DNA from: Hemiscyllium ocellatum
Lineage: Eukaryota
Direction of reading: 5' to 3'
Assembly: GCF_020745735.1 (NCBI RefSeq)
Contig: NC_083416.1
Span: forward strand, 80,811,131-80,875,130
DNA length: 64,000 nt
In this document: positions 26,053 through 39,736 of the stretch, one piece after another
Numbering within the stretch: the stretch's first letter is position 1
Layout: each line of letters starts with the position of its first letter
The notes under the pieces: model-generated
The model's database searches: none
What the model saw: only the letters and a program-made list of their open reading frames with translations
What the model was told of the DNA's origin: nothing
Position numbers and translations under genes: made by a program

Positions 26053-28342
26053 TAGAGTTTCTTTGAAGCAATGAAAATTATTGACTTTTCACATACTGAA
26101 TATTGGAATGTAAATACTTATGAGAAAGTCTTTGCAGACACAAAGTCATGTAGATAACACTAACTTCGAGAATACAGTAGCCATTGCACACGCGTCCAGA
26201 AAACAATTTAGTTAGTTTTCAGTTGTTTCAGCGGTAGCTGTTAGGTCTCAGGAATTAGCATCATTATTTTTCTGACAGCCTGGTGCGTGTAAATTGATCA
26301 GGTATTCTGATATTGTTAGACTCCACGTAAACTTGAAAACTACTGAACTTAAGTTAATTTAGTTTTTTTCAAAATTTTCCTATTGAAGTCTTTCAGTAAC
26401 CAAACTGTATAGATGTCGTATATGTTCGAGCTGAAATTTATACCTGAGAGGAAGATGGCCTCTTCATGCACTTTGCTTGTTGAATGAAATTTTCTTATTT
26501 GGAATATTCTGGCGATAAGACCAGTCAATAAGAATGCAGTGCAACTCCAGTCATTAGATAACATTGTTCTCGAAAAGTAAGAATATGGCACTGTAGTCAG
26601 GAAATTACATTAATGAGTCTCCATGCTCAAAAAAGAAGGTAGGGACTACAATGGTAACAAATTCCAGTCCATCTACCATCCAAAACATCCCATCATTCAG
26701 TAAATCGCAGAAACAATATCCATGGTGCATAGAAATGTTAATATGGTGTGAGCAAACGAAATATAGTAGAATGTTTGAAATAATCATCTGCGTGATCTTA
26801 AATGAATTGATATATATATTTATTTAACTAATATTTACAATGGGCATTTGATAACATTGCAGAAGTGAAACTGGTACAGGATTTGAAGTTTTATGGAACT
26901 TTTTGTTGGTAATCTGGAGGAAATGTTAATTGTTTTGGAATCACAGGACTGAGATGATATTCACACAATACAAGACTTTGCGATCAACTTGGGAGGTGGC
27001 AACCTAACATAATTGATTTAACATAATTGTGACAGCTACAATGGACACTGCATAATTTTGGATATCATCACCTACTGTGAGCACCTGTGTGGAACTCTCG
27101 ACCTCTGTAAGGGAAATGTTCTGTATTTGCACGTGTGATTTGTATGCTCAGAGTGCTCACGTGTCATCATTCAAAATGTGTAGGATGTCTTATGCCTTTA
27201 ACATTGAAAAGTAACTGAAAAACTTGATGGATCATACCATGCATCCCGACATTTCAGAACTATTCTTAATCATTTGCAAAAATAATAGGCTTGGTACTTC
27301 TTGCTGTGGTGCAGATGGCTGACAGTAGATAAAGAAATGAAAAGAATGGTTATTTCAAAGTGATACTTAACAATTATAAAACGTCTTTGAAGATCGGAAA
27401 ATACATTTAATCTGGATAACAATAGTTCAATATGTGTATTATCTGCTACAGAAAGTATACAATACGTGGGAAAGATAATAAATCAAATAGAAAAAAATTC
27501 AGTTCAAAGAGGGCTCAACATTGCAAACTCAAAACGTAAGTTGATTTGAAAGTAAAGAGTTTCAACAAATTGGAAGTTCATATATGGCATTATGCAAAAT
27601 AATTCATGCCCATTGCTGGTCTATTGCTTCTATTATTGATGAATCTATTGTTTCTGCCTTGGAACTTGTAAAGTGGCTCCGATGACTTTAGGCCTTTGAA
27701 ATTAGATCTTTTCCATAACTGTAGTCATAACAAATTTGGTCTGGTTTATAATCTATCGAAAGGAGGCTCACGCACGTGTATCTTTAAAACATTACATCTA
27801 TTTGTTGACTTCGAAAATGGCAAACTATTGATCTTGGACCAGGATGAAAGATAGAGGAATTAGGAGCTGATTATGTTCTTATCTTTCAATATTTATGCAA
27901 GGTTCGCAATTTGTACACATTTTTGTTGATTAATCGATTAGTGAAACAGAGAAGTGAGTTTAGTAAACGTTAAACAATAATCTAAAAAGATGGTCAATTG
28001 GATATCTGTAACAGAAATGGAGAAAAATGAAAATTTCAGTATTGTAATTTCCATTATTTGATTTCCTTGCAGAACGATAAATATAATTAGTTCTGCTTTG
28101 GTAAGCAATAACACCTAGTCAGTAAGGAATTCTAGAAAACACCTATCCTGTATAGATTATAACTTGACTTGTATTATTGAAACAAAGAATGATCTCACCA
28201 ATTAGGATCCATAATTGGCCTTTACCTGTCGCATGTCCAACAATTTTGAATTTGACATATTCCTGGTAATTTGTTTCCAACTGGATTTTTGCAGCACAGG
28301 GTGCAATGCAGTATAGAATAGAAAACCGTTATGCAAATTTGA

Positions 28343-28575
28343 GTTGTGCAATAATAAATCAAGTTTTGCGCTCATTTAAGACATTGCAGCTTTAAGAAAT
28401 GAATCACATTTCGTTGGTCGAATATCAATGAGCTGGCTTTCACCAATCAGAACATAAGATAGGAATGGGGATCTGGACAACCTTCTTCACTACCCAGACA
28501 CCATCACGTCCGATCAGACACAAAGTAAAATTGGATAGCGAACAGTTCGACAGGAATTGGTCACAAATCCACTGA
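28343..28575 (+). promoter_or_regulatory. Conserved cPcdh promoter module of unit 4
   Basis: GTTGTGCAAT 28343, GCTTTAAGAA 28389, GTTGG 28413, CCAATCAG 28443, CACTACCCAGACACCATCACGTCCG. Confidence 0.8.
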
Positions 28576-28738
28576 CAATTTTGGACAAAAACAGAAGATT
28601 TAGATGAAATTATCCGGGGCGATTTGAGAAGCATTCAGGGATTTGCTGCATTGCAGTTAATTTATATCAGATAATAATTCATGAACGTTTTCGCGGTGCG
28701 GACATATTCCGAAACAACGGGAATGTATGACGCTGGAA

Positions 28739-31204
28739 ATGAGATATAAAATATTTTGGTTTCTAACATGCCGATTGTTCTACTGTGTATTCTCCGCGTG
28801 GAATCTAGCGCTCGGGCAGGTTCGTTACTCGATTCCTGAAGAACTGCAACTCGGCGCCTTTGTGGGGAATATCGCTGAGGATTTGGGTATAGATATAAAG
28901 CAACTCTCGGCTCGTAGTTTTCGAATTGTGTCCGGGCCCTGGAAACAATACGTGGACATAGGCTTGGACACTGGCATTTTATTTGTGAAGGAAAAAATTG
29001 ACAGAGAAGAGATTTGCGGGCCAGTTTTGAGTTGCGTTTTATCCGTGAACGGTTTGCTTCAAAACCCCTTAAAGCTGTACCCGGTTGAAGTGGAGGTCCT
29101 TGATTTAAATGACAACGCTCCCAGTTTTCCAAAGAGACAATTACACCTTGAAATTTCAGAGCTTTCTTCTACTGGAACGCGCTTTCTCCTCGAGTCAGCG
29201 TATGATGCGGACGTTGGAACCAACTCCGTGCAATCCTACGAGCTCCTTTCTAACCAGCATTTTATTCTCGATGTGCAGATGCGCGATGGAGTGGAAAAAT
29301 TACCAGTGTTGGTGCTGCAGAGTTCGTTGGATAGAGAAAAGGAATCTACCCACAGTTTGACACTGATAGCCAAGGACGGTGGGGTCCCTGTCAGATCAGG
29401 CACGGTTCAGGTTATAATCATTGTAACGGATGCAAACGACAACGTCCCTGCCTGTTCCCAGTCAGTTTATCGAGTCAGTATATTAGAAGATGCACCCAAA
29501 GGAACGCACGTAATCGCATTAAATGCCACTGACCCAGATGATGGTCACAATGGAGAGATAACTTACTCGATCAGTATGCACAATACCATCAAAGTTCGAG
29601 AATTGTTTAGCGTGGATTCTAAAACTGGTGAAATCAGAGTGAAAGGGAAATTGGACTATGAAGAAAACAAAGCCTTTAGTATTAATGTTCAAGCAACAGA
29701 CAGGGGTCCTCACACTATGGCGGGGCACTGTGATGTGTTGGTGAACATTGTTGACGTGAATGACAACGCACCTGAGGTGACGTTGACGTCTTTGTCTGGC
29801 GCTATTTCAGAAGACGCTCCTATTGGGACTGTGGTCGCTCTGTTCAATGCAGCGGATAAAGATTCTGGGAGAAACGGGCAGGTACAATGCAAGATTTCAA
29901 ACAAACTACCCTTTAGACTAGATTCGTCTTTGAAGAATTATTATGGATTGCTTGTTCATTATCCACTGGATCGTGAAAATAACTCCAATTATGACGTTAC
30001 AATAACGTGCACGGATGCAGGAAAGCCACCCCTGACATCGAGGGAAACCATCCGGGTAGAGATTTCTGACATAAATGACAACCCACCGAGATTTTCGCAG
30101 CATTTGTACACCACAAATGTCATGGAGAACAATGCTATTGGTGCTTCTATATTTTCCCTCACAGCGTTTGATCCAGATGTGGGACTGAACACTCAACTGA
30201 AATACTCTATCCTGGAGACTCAAGTCCTGAACGCGTCGGTAGCCACTTACATCTCTATTAACTCGGAGACAGGCGTCATATTCGCGCAGAGATCTTTTGA
30301 TTACGAGATACTGAAAAACTTTCAAATTCAAGCTCAGGTTGTGGATTCTGGGACACCGCCACTCGCAAGTAATGTTTCGGTGAATATTATTATCCTTGAT
30401 CAGAATGACAATGTTCCAGTCATAATGCTGCCATTATTCGAATTTGGATCAACAGCAATAGAGACAATATCCAGGTTTGCAGAACCAGGCTATCTGGTTG
30501 CCAAGGTTTCGGCCACTGACGCAGATGCTGGTCAGAATGCTCAACTCTCTTATTCCATTTCTCAGGCTACCGATCATAACCTTTTTACTATTTCAGCAGA
30601 TACTGGTGAGATTTGGACTATCCGTCCTATTGTAAATAAGGATGCCTCTAGACAAAGGTTGGTGATCATTGTAAAAGATAATGGAATGCCATCACTTTCT
30701 GCCACAGTGACCATCATCTTTTCTGTGATTGGTGGGGACATTGAAACGTCTTCTGGGGTCCGTGGTTCATCTGAAGTATACAGGTTCAATCCAGATCTGA
30801 GCCTTTCCTTGGTCATCGCATTAGGAGTAACTTCATTAATATTTCTTGTGATTTTAACAGTCCTTGCTGTGAAGGTTCACAAAAACAGAAATGGTTTGGA
30901 CGATCAGCACTGTTCCATGGGATTGTGTTGCCTTCAAAAAAGACATTCTCTGAATGGAATTCAAACAGCTAGTAGAAACCTCCAAATACGCCCCAACTAT
31001 GTTGAGATATTTGGAGGTGATCCACTTTCTCAGCGTTTCCGCTATGAGTCATGCTCAACATTGCAATCAATAAAGAGGGACTTCAGAACACCCAACACCT
31101 GCAGGCCATCTCCAGACAAGCATTCTGTCGGGAATGAGTCTATCAGGAAAGAAAGTATGGGAATCATTAATATTGAAAATTACAGCAACCCTGTAAACTA
31201 TGAG
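28739..31204 (+). CDS. Clustered protocadherin variable exon, intact (unit 4), 822 codons; an in-frame ATG at 28727 could add 4 aa
   Basis: Same domain layout as unit 3. Phase-0 donor GAG|GTGAGG at 31204/31205. Confidence 0.95.
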
Positions 31205-32082
31205 GTGAGGGACATTTTATAAAAAATATATTATGATTATCACAGAATTGATCTAATGTGCGTATTCATTTGGGGAAAATTGACCACATCGTTACTAATT
31301 GGATGGAAATAGTTTCTTAAATGAATTGCACATTGTTCTCTGCACTGCCTCCAATTATGTGAAAATCCCGTATTATTTCTTTGTTATGGCATCTTTTAAG
31401 ATCTATGTCAATTCCTTTATATTCCTTGTGATTAAACACATTTAACTGTCGATATTAAGATATGTTGAGGAAACCCATGCTCCCCTTGACAATTTCTAAA
31501 ACCACTAGAGTTTACTTAAAGGTTGAGAATCTTTGACAGTCTCGAGCCCAGTCCAAAGATTTAATTGCTAAGTCTTGCTAAGAATCTACGTGCCTATAGA
31601 TTATCAGATGCAGTTATGAACTTGTTCATTTTGATAGGAAGACTAGAAATGGAATATATTATTCAAATGGAAAAATATTGCAGATCCAGGTGTACAGAAC
31701 AATCTTAATGGCTTTGTGTGGTGATCCACTTGGGAGAGTGCTTAGTACTTGAGCCCTTTTACTCCCGGATTGTCAGAAAATATAAATATTACTCTAAATT
31801 CTCAATTTACCTGTCTGATGGACTCGGGTTAACGGAAAACTCTGAGACCAAATTGTTGTACTTAAAAAAAATCATATTTACTACAAAAAGATCATTTTAA
31901 ATATAAAATGAAATATGGTGTATCTACGTATAACCCTAAGAACTTAATCTCTAACTTGTTATTAAAACATTGCACAAAGATGCAGATGGACACAGGAAAA
32001 CAAAAAAAAGCACGCATTTGTGGATGGAGAAAACAAAGTAGCCGGGTAATCCAATTTAATAGCAATGGTACACTAGTTTCGA

Positions 32083-33660
32083 TTAGACCATAAAACATAG
32101 AATCAGAAATTAGACCATTCAGCCCATTGAGTCTGCTCCACCATTCAATCATGGCTCAAAACTTCTTAAACTCATTATCTGGCTTTCTACCCTTAGCCCT
32201 TAATCTCCTTGATAATCAAGAACATGTTTATATCAGTCTTAAATGTACTCAATGACCTGGCCTCCACAGCCCTCTGTAACAAAAAAATCCATAAATTCAC
32301 CAGTCTCTGGGTGAAGAAGTTTCTCCTTATCTTCATTATAAAATGTAATGACCTTCATACTAAGGTTATTCCCTTGGGTTCTAATCTCTCCTACCAATGC
32401 AAACGACTTCCCAACATCTACTCTGTCCAGGCCAAATCAGAATTCTGTATGTTTCAATTAGATCACCCCTCATCCTTCTCACTCCACCGAGTATAGACTC
32501 AGAGTCCACAAACATTCCTCATATGTAAAACATTTCATTCCTGGGACCATTCTCGAGAAACTCCTCTGAACACGCTTCAGGATACTACCTGATGTATGGG
32601 CCCAAAACTGTGCACAGTGCTCCAAATGTGGTCTGACCAAGAGCCTTATAGTGCCTCAGAAGGACATCCCTGCTTTTACGTTGAAGTGCTCTCAAAATAA
32701 ACGCCATCACTGCATTTGTCTTCCTAACTAATGATTCAAGTTTACCTTGACAGAATCCGGGACTAGAACCCCCAAATCTCTTTGCACTTCAGACTTCTGA
32801 ATTTTCTCTACATTTGGAAAATAGACCATTCTTCTATACTGCCTACCAAAGTGCATGATCAATCACTTTCCCATGTTGTACTCAATCTGCCATTTCATTG
32901 CCCACTCTCTGAACCTATCCAAATCTTTCTGCAGCCTCCCCGCCACCTCAATGCTACCTGTCACGCTACCTATCTTTATATCACCTACAAACTTACCCAG
33001 AATGCCCGCAGTTCCTTCATCTATATTGCATACCGTGAAAGGTTATGGTCCCAAAAATTAATCTTGTGGAAACCACTTTTCACCGGCTACCTGATGACCC
33101 TGCTATCCTCACTCGCTGCTTTATGCCAGACAGCCAAGCTTCTATTCACGCCAGCTTTTTGCCTCTGACACCATGGACCCTTATCTTACACAGTAATGTC
33201 CTGGGTGGCACCTTGTCAAAAAGCCTTCTTGAGGTCCAGGTCGATAACATATTGTGGCTGTCCTTGGTCTAATCTTCGTGTTACTTCCTCAAGAAGTTCT
33301 AACGGGTTTGTCAGGCATTTCCTCCCCTTGATGAAGCCATGCTGACCTTGCCCTATTTTGCCATACACTTCCAAGTATTCAGAATTCTCATCCTTCACAA
33401 TGGATTCCAGGATCTTACACATGACCAACGTTAGGCGAATTGTTCTGTAATTGTCCGTTTTCTGCCTTGCTCCCTTTTTAAACAGGGGTGTCACATTACT
33501 GATTTTCCAGTCTTCTAGGATCCTCCCTGATACTAGTGATTCCTGAAAGATCACCACTAACACTTCCACTACCTCTCCAGCTTAGAACTTTAGAGTGTAG
33601 TCTATCTGCTCCAGGTGATTTATCCACCTTCTCCTTAGTGATGGCAACCATACACTGTCC
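32083..33660 (-). mobile_element. CR1-like LINE, 5'-truncated and internally deleted
   Basis: ORF 33216-33569 contains EDWKISNVTPLFKKG..NYRTIRLT..QHGFIKGRKCLTN..DLDLKKAF (CR1 RT); tail tagaccataaaacatag at the left end. Confidence 0.85.
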
Positions 33661-33816
33661 CCTGAATTCCTTGTGATCTTCGATTGTCTTATTGTTGGGC
33701 GTTTCGGTTTTTTACAGCAGACACAAGATAATTAGACACTGTTGTTAGGTCTGTGGGTCGCTGATTCGAGGCAGAGGCTTATAGAAAATATTGGGAGAGA
33801 ATGGCGAGCTACGTAT

Positions 33817-34130
33817 GGGCGGCACGGTGGCACAGTGGTTAGCACTGCTGTCTCACAGCGCCTGAAACCCGGGTTCAATTCCCGACTCAGGCGACTGACT
33901 GTGTGGAGTTTGCACGTTCTCCCCGTGTCTGCGTGGGTTTCCTCCGGGTGCTCCGGTTTCCTCCCACAATCCAAAGATGTGCGGGTCAGGTGAATTGGCC
34001 ATGCTAAATTGCCCGTAGTGTTAGGTAAGGGGTAGAATGTAGGGGAATGGGTGGGTTGCGCTTCGGCGGGTCGGTGTGGACTTGTTGGGCCGAAGGGCCT
34101 GTTTCCACACTGTAAGTAATCTAATCTAAT
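33817..34130 (+). mobile_element. Full-length HE1-type V-SINE
   Basis: tRNA-like head with A box (tggcacagtgg) and B box (ggttcaattcc), central tgtgtggagtttgcacgttctccccgtgtctgcgtgggtttcctccggg, LINE-like 3' end and (taatc)n tail. Confidence 0.9.
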
Positions 34131-34849
34131 TTCCACTATTTTCCTGCTTCACTGCATAAAGAGAGAGAGAGAGAGAATGAATTTGGCAAGGGCAGAGAGA
34201 CAATTAGGCATTTTGCTGTCAGTAGTTTTCTGCTTCTGTATTGTTCATACAGCATCTGTCTACCTGCCCATGAGCCAGTTAAAGAGCTGTCGACATGCTG
34301 ATCACATCTGGTCGAAATTGAAAAATAAAAATAAACAAGAGTCTATGAAGCAAAACCTGCACTGAAAATAAATATATGGTGCTGTTCAGAGTCAAACATG
34401 TTCACGTTGACTAAAGCAACAGTGTCAATACAACTCACACAAAGTTTCATCAACTTGCTTCTAAAAGTGTAACATTTCCTCCTGCAATCTTTGGTTCACA
34501 ATAATATCCTTTTCTCATTTTTGTAATCAATCCAAATTTGAGAAAACTTGGAAAGTTATAGTTTTCACGTCTATATAAGCCAGAAAGTGATCGTATTCAG
34601 ATCCAGCAAATATGTTGGAAGGCAAGTTGAGGGCTATAATTTATTCAAAAGGAATGCAACATCAAAGTGCTGGTGTTTTGCTGTATTTGTACAGGCCATT
34701 GCTGAGACAATGTCTGAATTATTGTGTATAGTTCTTCATTGTTTGTCAATGAAGGGAAATAAATGAATTTGTGGCAACTCATAGAGTGCTAATTCAATGG
34801 ATGCCAGAACAAAAGCACTTGGAGGGGGTAAGGCGGGGAGAAGGGGACA

Positions 34850-35192
34850 GCGTATTTTATGCTGAAAGCTTACATATGTCGTGCATTTATTGACTGGATT
34901 CGAGAAGAAAGTTCGATGCAACCTCATTGAAACATACGAGATCCTGATGGAACTGCATAGTATGAATGTTGATCGATGCTTCCTTTTGTGGAAAAGACAA
35001 GAACTATGGACACAGTTTAAAATGAATGGGTCATTCCGTTAAGACAAGGATGAGATCATATTTTTCTTACTGGGGAATGTTGGAATGTGGAGTTGATATC
35101 ACAGTAAGATCAACCATGATATTGTGGAATAGCAAAGGACATTCGAGAGATTGAATGGCCTACTCTTGCTCCCAATTTTAATGCTCCTATGA
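34850..35192 (+). mobile_element. CR1-like LINE 3' fragment
   Basis: ctcattgaaacatacgagatcctg...gattgaatggcctactcttgctcc resembles the other CR1-like 3' ends in the window. Confidence 0.55.
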
Positions 35193-36059
35193 TAAGCACA
35201 AAAGAAAAGATAAACAGATGTTAAAATACATTAAAAACTGAAAGCATCTACGCAAGATGAAGGAATCAATAACGTAGCAAAGCAAAAATGGAGAAGTATC
35301 TAAATGTTAAAACTTGGAGAGTTTAAATGGTATTATATTTGATTAAGCAAATTTGTTTTGTGCCTAGATAAGACGTTTGAAGTGCTTTGCTGGAAAAAAA
35401 TGATTTTAAACCTTTGTCATTAGATGTTTTCAAACACCCAAAGGAACGACATGTATGATATGCCTTAAAACAGTGGAGCGAAATGTTTGTGTAGGAATCC
35501 TTTCAGAATATTGAACATGATAGAATAAACTGAAGAAACAATATATCAACTTAAGTGGACGCCTTAGGGTGATGATAGAGAGGTGTGATCATCATTAACA
35601 AGCAACTAATACCATGAGAGTTTCGAGATAAGAATATGCATTTGCGCATGTTAAAATAAATGCATGATGCAGAGAAGGCAGTTTTTCATGGTTAGAAAGT
35701 ATTATAAAAAGATGGGTAGCTGGCTGTTTGGATGCAAGGAGGCATTTAAAATAATATCCATACAGACGTGCCAAATAATAATTATTATAATAGAAACAAA
35801 AAGAATGCTTCATCTCAGTTCAGTATAAATTAACAAGTGGATGTGACTGGAATTAATCTCAGAATATTAGATTTATTTGGGGCTGTAGAGTTACACTGAC
35901 TTCATGGATTCGTAGTTACTTACCGAAATATGGATTTCTATTACCACATGTTCCACAAACCTGGCATACAAGGTTCATTTAATTATGTTTCAGAGATTTA
36001 TTTTCTTATAGAGAACAGAAATATGACGTATCATCAATGAAAAATCTGAACGAATTTTA

Positions 36060-36308
36060 ATTGCACAACAATAAATTGAAGAATAATAATTGATTGCAGA
36101 CTTCCCAGCTTTAAGAAATGAACACCAATTCTATTGGTCAAATTTCATTACGCCTTCATTACCAATCAGTGTGTGAGATGAGTCTAGGAATCCGGACAGT
36201 TCCCTTGATGACCCAGATGCCACCACGTCTGATACGGCTCAGAGTAAATTTGGATACCGATTAGCTCACAGGAATTGTTCACGAGTCCACCGAAATCTTT
36301 TGACAAAG
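36060..36308 (+). promoter_or_regulatory. Conserved cPcdh promoter module of unit 5 (pseudogene); both CCAAT boxes intact
   Basis: ATTGCACAAC 36060, GCTTTAAGAA 36108, ATTGG 36133, CCAATCAG 36162, ATCCGGAC, CACCACGTC. Confidence 0.75.
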
Positions 36309-36435
36309 TTAGGTTCCTGCAAGATTGTGCACAGTAAATGTCTCTCCATTATTGTAAAGGATACAAACGAAAACTACCCTCTTTTCCCCAGATCAGCTGA
36401 TAGAGTCAACCTGTTGGACAGTGCAGCAACAGGAG

Positions 36436-37329
36436 TTCTGAGGAGGTGGGGAGGCTGCATAAAGATTTGGACAGTTGGAGTGGTCCAAGAAATACTGAAG
36501 AAATTCAATGTTAGCAAATGCGAGGTCTTGCACTTTGGAAAACAGAATGCAGGGACAGATCATTTTCTAAATGGTGAGAAAATTCATAAAGCCAAAGTGC
36601 AAAGGGCTCTGTGAGTGCTCGTGCAGGATGCTCTAAACGGTGCCTTGCAGGTTGAGTCCATGGTTAAGAAAGCAAATGTAATGTTGTCATTTATCTCAAG
36701 AGCGTTGGAATGTAAAGGGGGTTGGGATGTAAAAGCAGCGATGTGCGACTGAGACTTTGTAAAAGTCTGGTTAGGCATCATTTAGAATACTGTGTCCAGC
36801 TTTGAGTCCTGCATCTCAGGATTCATATTGGCATTGGAGCATGTTCAGCAGAGATTCACAGGGATGATATCTGGAATGGTAAGTCTACCAAAAGATGAAC
36901 AGCTGAGGATTCTGCAATTGTAAACATTAGAGTTTAGAAGGTTGAGGGGAAGTATAATAGGAACTTACAAGATAATGCATGGCTTAGAAAGGGTGGACGC
37001 TGGGAATTTGTTTCCATCTGGTGGGAATACTAGGACCGTGGGCACAGCCTTAGAATTAGAGGGAGTCAATTTAAAACGGAAATAAGGAGACATTTCTTCA
37101 GCGAGAGAGTGGTGGGCCTGTGGAATTCATTGCCATGGAGTGCAGTGGAGACTGGACATTAAATGTCTTCAAGGCAGAGATTGATAAATTCTTAATCTCG
37201 CGAGGAATTAAGGGATACTGGGGGAGGGTGGGTGTGTGGCGCCAAAAAGCTCATCACCCCTGATTGAATGGCAGAGTGGACTTGATGGGCAGAATGGCCT
37301 TACTTCTACTTATATGTCTTATGGTCTTC
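36436..37329 (+). mobile_element. CR1-like LINE 3' portion inserted in unit 5
   Basis: KFNVSKCEVLHFGK motif; tail tatatgtcttatggtctt; ggag on both sides. Removing it restores ...AATG|AQVIILNATD. Confidence 0.85.
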
Positions 37330-37590
37330 GGAGCACAGGTAATAATTTTAAATGCCACTGACTTGGACGATGGTCCCAATAGAGAGATAACCTACTCGAT
37401 CAAGTGTCACACTTCATGTCGAACTCAGAACGTGTTTGCCGTGGATTCCAAAACTGATGTAATCAGCAGGAAGGGCATGTTAGGTTATGATGTCCTTGAA
37501 ATTAACATTAAAGCAAAAGACAGGGGATCTTATGCTTTACCTGCATACTGTCATGTTCAAGAGAATATTTTTGATGTGAAGGATAACACT

Positions 37591-37626
37591 CCCCCCTCCC
37601 CCCTACCCCCCCCCCCCCCCCCGCCC
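37591..37626. repeat. Poly-C tract
   Basis: Near-continuous C run of ~36 bp at the DNPPE codons. Confidence 0.85.
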
Positions 37627-39736
37627 TGAGGTGACGTTGATGTCTTTGTCTCACACAGTTTCAGAAGACGCTCCAGTTATGACTGTAGTTGCTCTGTTCA
37701 GTACAACAGATAAAGATTCATGCAGAAAAGGGCAGGCGCAATGTCAAATTTTAAGTAAGTTACCTTTTCAGTTAGAATCTTCTTTGGAGAGTTATTATGG
37801 AATAATTGTCCAACATCCACTGTATCAGGAAAATGGGTGCAAATATGACGTTACTGTAGTATACAGTGATTCAGGAAATCCATCTCTTAATGTCCGAGAA
37901 ATCCGTTCGGGTAGAGATTTCCAATATCAATGACAAATGCCGTGGTTTGCGCAATCTTCATACACCACAAACATTATTGGAGAACAACATTATTGGCTTT
38001 TCCATGTTTTCTATTATAGCCTTTGATCCAGATGCGGTACTGAGCACTCGATTGAAATACTCAATCCTGGAGACTCAAGTTCAGAATGCTTCATATCCAA
38101 TTATGTTTCCATTAAATCGGAGATGAATTTGTTTCGAGATATTTTGACTATGAAGAACTGAAATTCTTTCAAATCCAAGCACTGGTCATGGACTCGCGGA
38201 TACCACCACTCACCAGTAATGTTTCAGTGAAAGTTATTATCCTTTATCAGAATGACAATGTTCTCATCATTATGCAGCCAGTAGCCGAGTTTGAGGCAAC
38301 AGTAGTGGAGAGAATATCCAGATTTGCAGAACTACACTCTGGTGGCCAAGGTATTCACCACTGACGCTGGCGCCAGTCAGAACGCTCGCCTTTCTTATTT
38401 GATTTTCCAGGCTACCCAGAATAACTTTTTTTACTGTTTCCCAAAACACTGGTGAAATTTGGACTATGCGTCAAATTGCAAATCAAGATGTTTCTAAGCA
38501 AAGATTGATGATTCTGGTGAAAGATAATGGAATGCCAGCAGGCATTAGGAGTTTTGAAGTCTGCCTTGGTTGACTACAATGTCAAAACATTTTCCAGCCT
38601 CAGTGGTTCAGCTGAAGATTCCGGATTCACTCCTGATCTGAAATGTTTTCTTGGTCATCATATTAGGAACAATTTCTCCGATTTTTCTTGTAAATTTAAT
38701 AATTCTCATTATACAGGTTCTTAGAAGTATAAATACCGTGGGTGGTCAGCAGCGTTCCTTGGCGGGGTAGTGTTGCATTGAAACAAGACTTTCTCTGAAT
38801 TGAATTGAAAAAGTCAGTGGAAACCTGCAGATATCCTCAAATTATGTTGAGATGTTCGGGGTAATCCACTTTCTCAGCAATTCCACTATGAGTCATGTTC
38901 AAAATTGCAGTCAACCAAGAGAGACTTCAAAATTCCCAATGCCTGCTGATTATCTACAGACATGACATATGTTCAGAATGATATCACTGGGAAAGAAAAC
39001 ATAATAAACATTCTGGATATAACAGCAACTCTGTCAACAATGAGGCGAAGGGCTTTCAAAAAGGTTAAATAATTGTAGATATGATCTGCCAGTGAGGATA
39101 TATTTGGAAAAATTGTGTGGGTGATGTGTGTTTAATTGCTATATATCTAGTTGTTGCAAATAGCAAGATTATGTAGGACTTTTTTAAACATATTTGTGTG
39201 ATTATATCGAAATTGTATGCCGGCAACCAGAGTTTGTGCTTTGTTTTAGAAGCCATGCTTGTTGTTGACACTTTCTGCACCCACCAGAGTTCAGTTGATT
39301 GTGCGAGAATTGCTGACATTATGTTGTACTAAACATTTAATTGAATTAACCTGTGCAGCCATGTATCTGTGCAAGAACAGGACACTTTCCTGGATAGTGG
39401 AATGCAATTGCACACACGTTCTGTGAACCAGTTTGGCAGTTCTAATCTCAGTTTTAAATTCCAAATAATTAGTACTAGCATGCCCCTAACTATCAAATCA
39501 CTGTAAATTGATCAGAGAATCTTATGTTCGAGATTCGCTTAAGCTTGAAAACAACTTAGATCAATTTAATATTTCAAAATAAACAATTTTGTACCCTTTC
39601 TATGTCACAGGGTCAATGTTTCTATTCCTTATGATAGAAATGTAAGTAACTGAGAAAAATAACCTGGGCACTACTTGGTGAAGAAGGCAAACTGTTGGTC
39701 ACGTGGCAAAAAAAAATATTAAGTACAAGAACTGGA

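Larger units (their letters stand above)
36311..39044 (+). pseudogene. Clustered protocadherin variable exon pseudogene (unit 5)
   Basis: About 790 bp deleted relative to unit 4 (start codon, signal peptide, EC1, most of EC2). LINE insertion, poly-C expansion, many frameshifts and stops, donor changed to GAG|GCGAAG. Confidence 0.9.

Noticed and set aside
33817-33890. tRNA gene
   Set aside because: It is the tRNA-derived head of a SINE, continuous with the SINE body and tail.
33732-34136. ORFs of 134, 83, 63 and 64 aa over 33732-34136 and 42412-42722
   Set aside because: Chance ORFs within HE1-type SINE copies.
34160-34176. (GA)n microsatellite
   Set aside because: Short, ordinary simple repeat.
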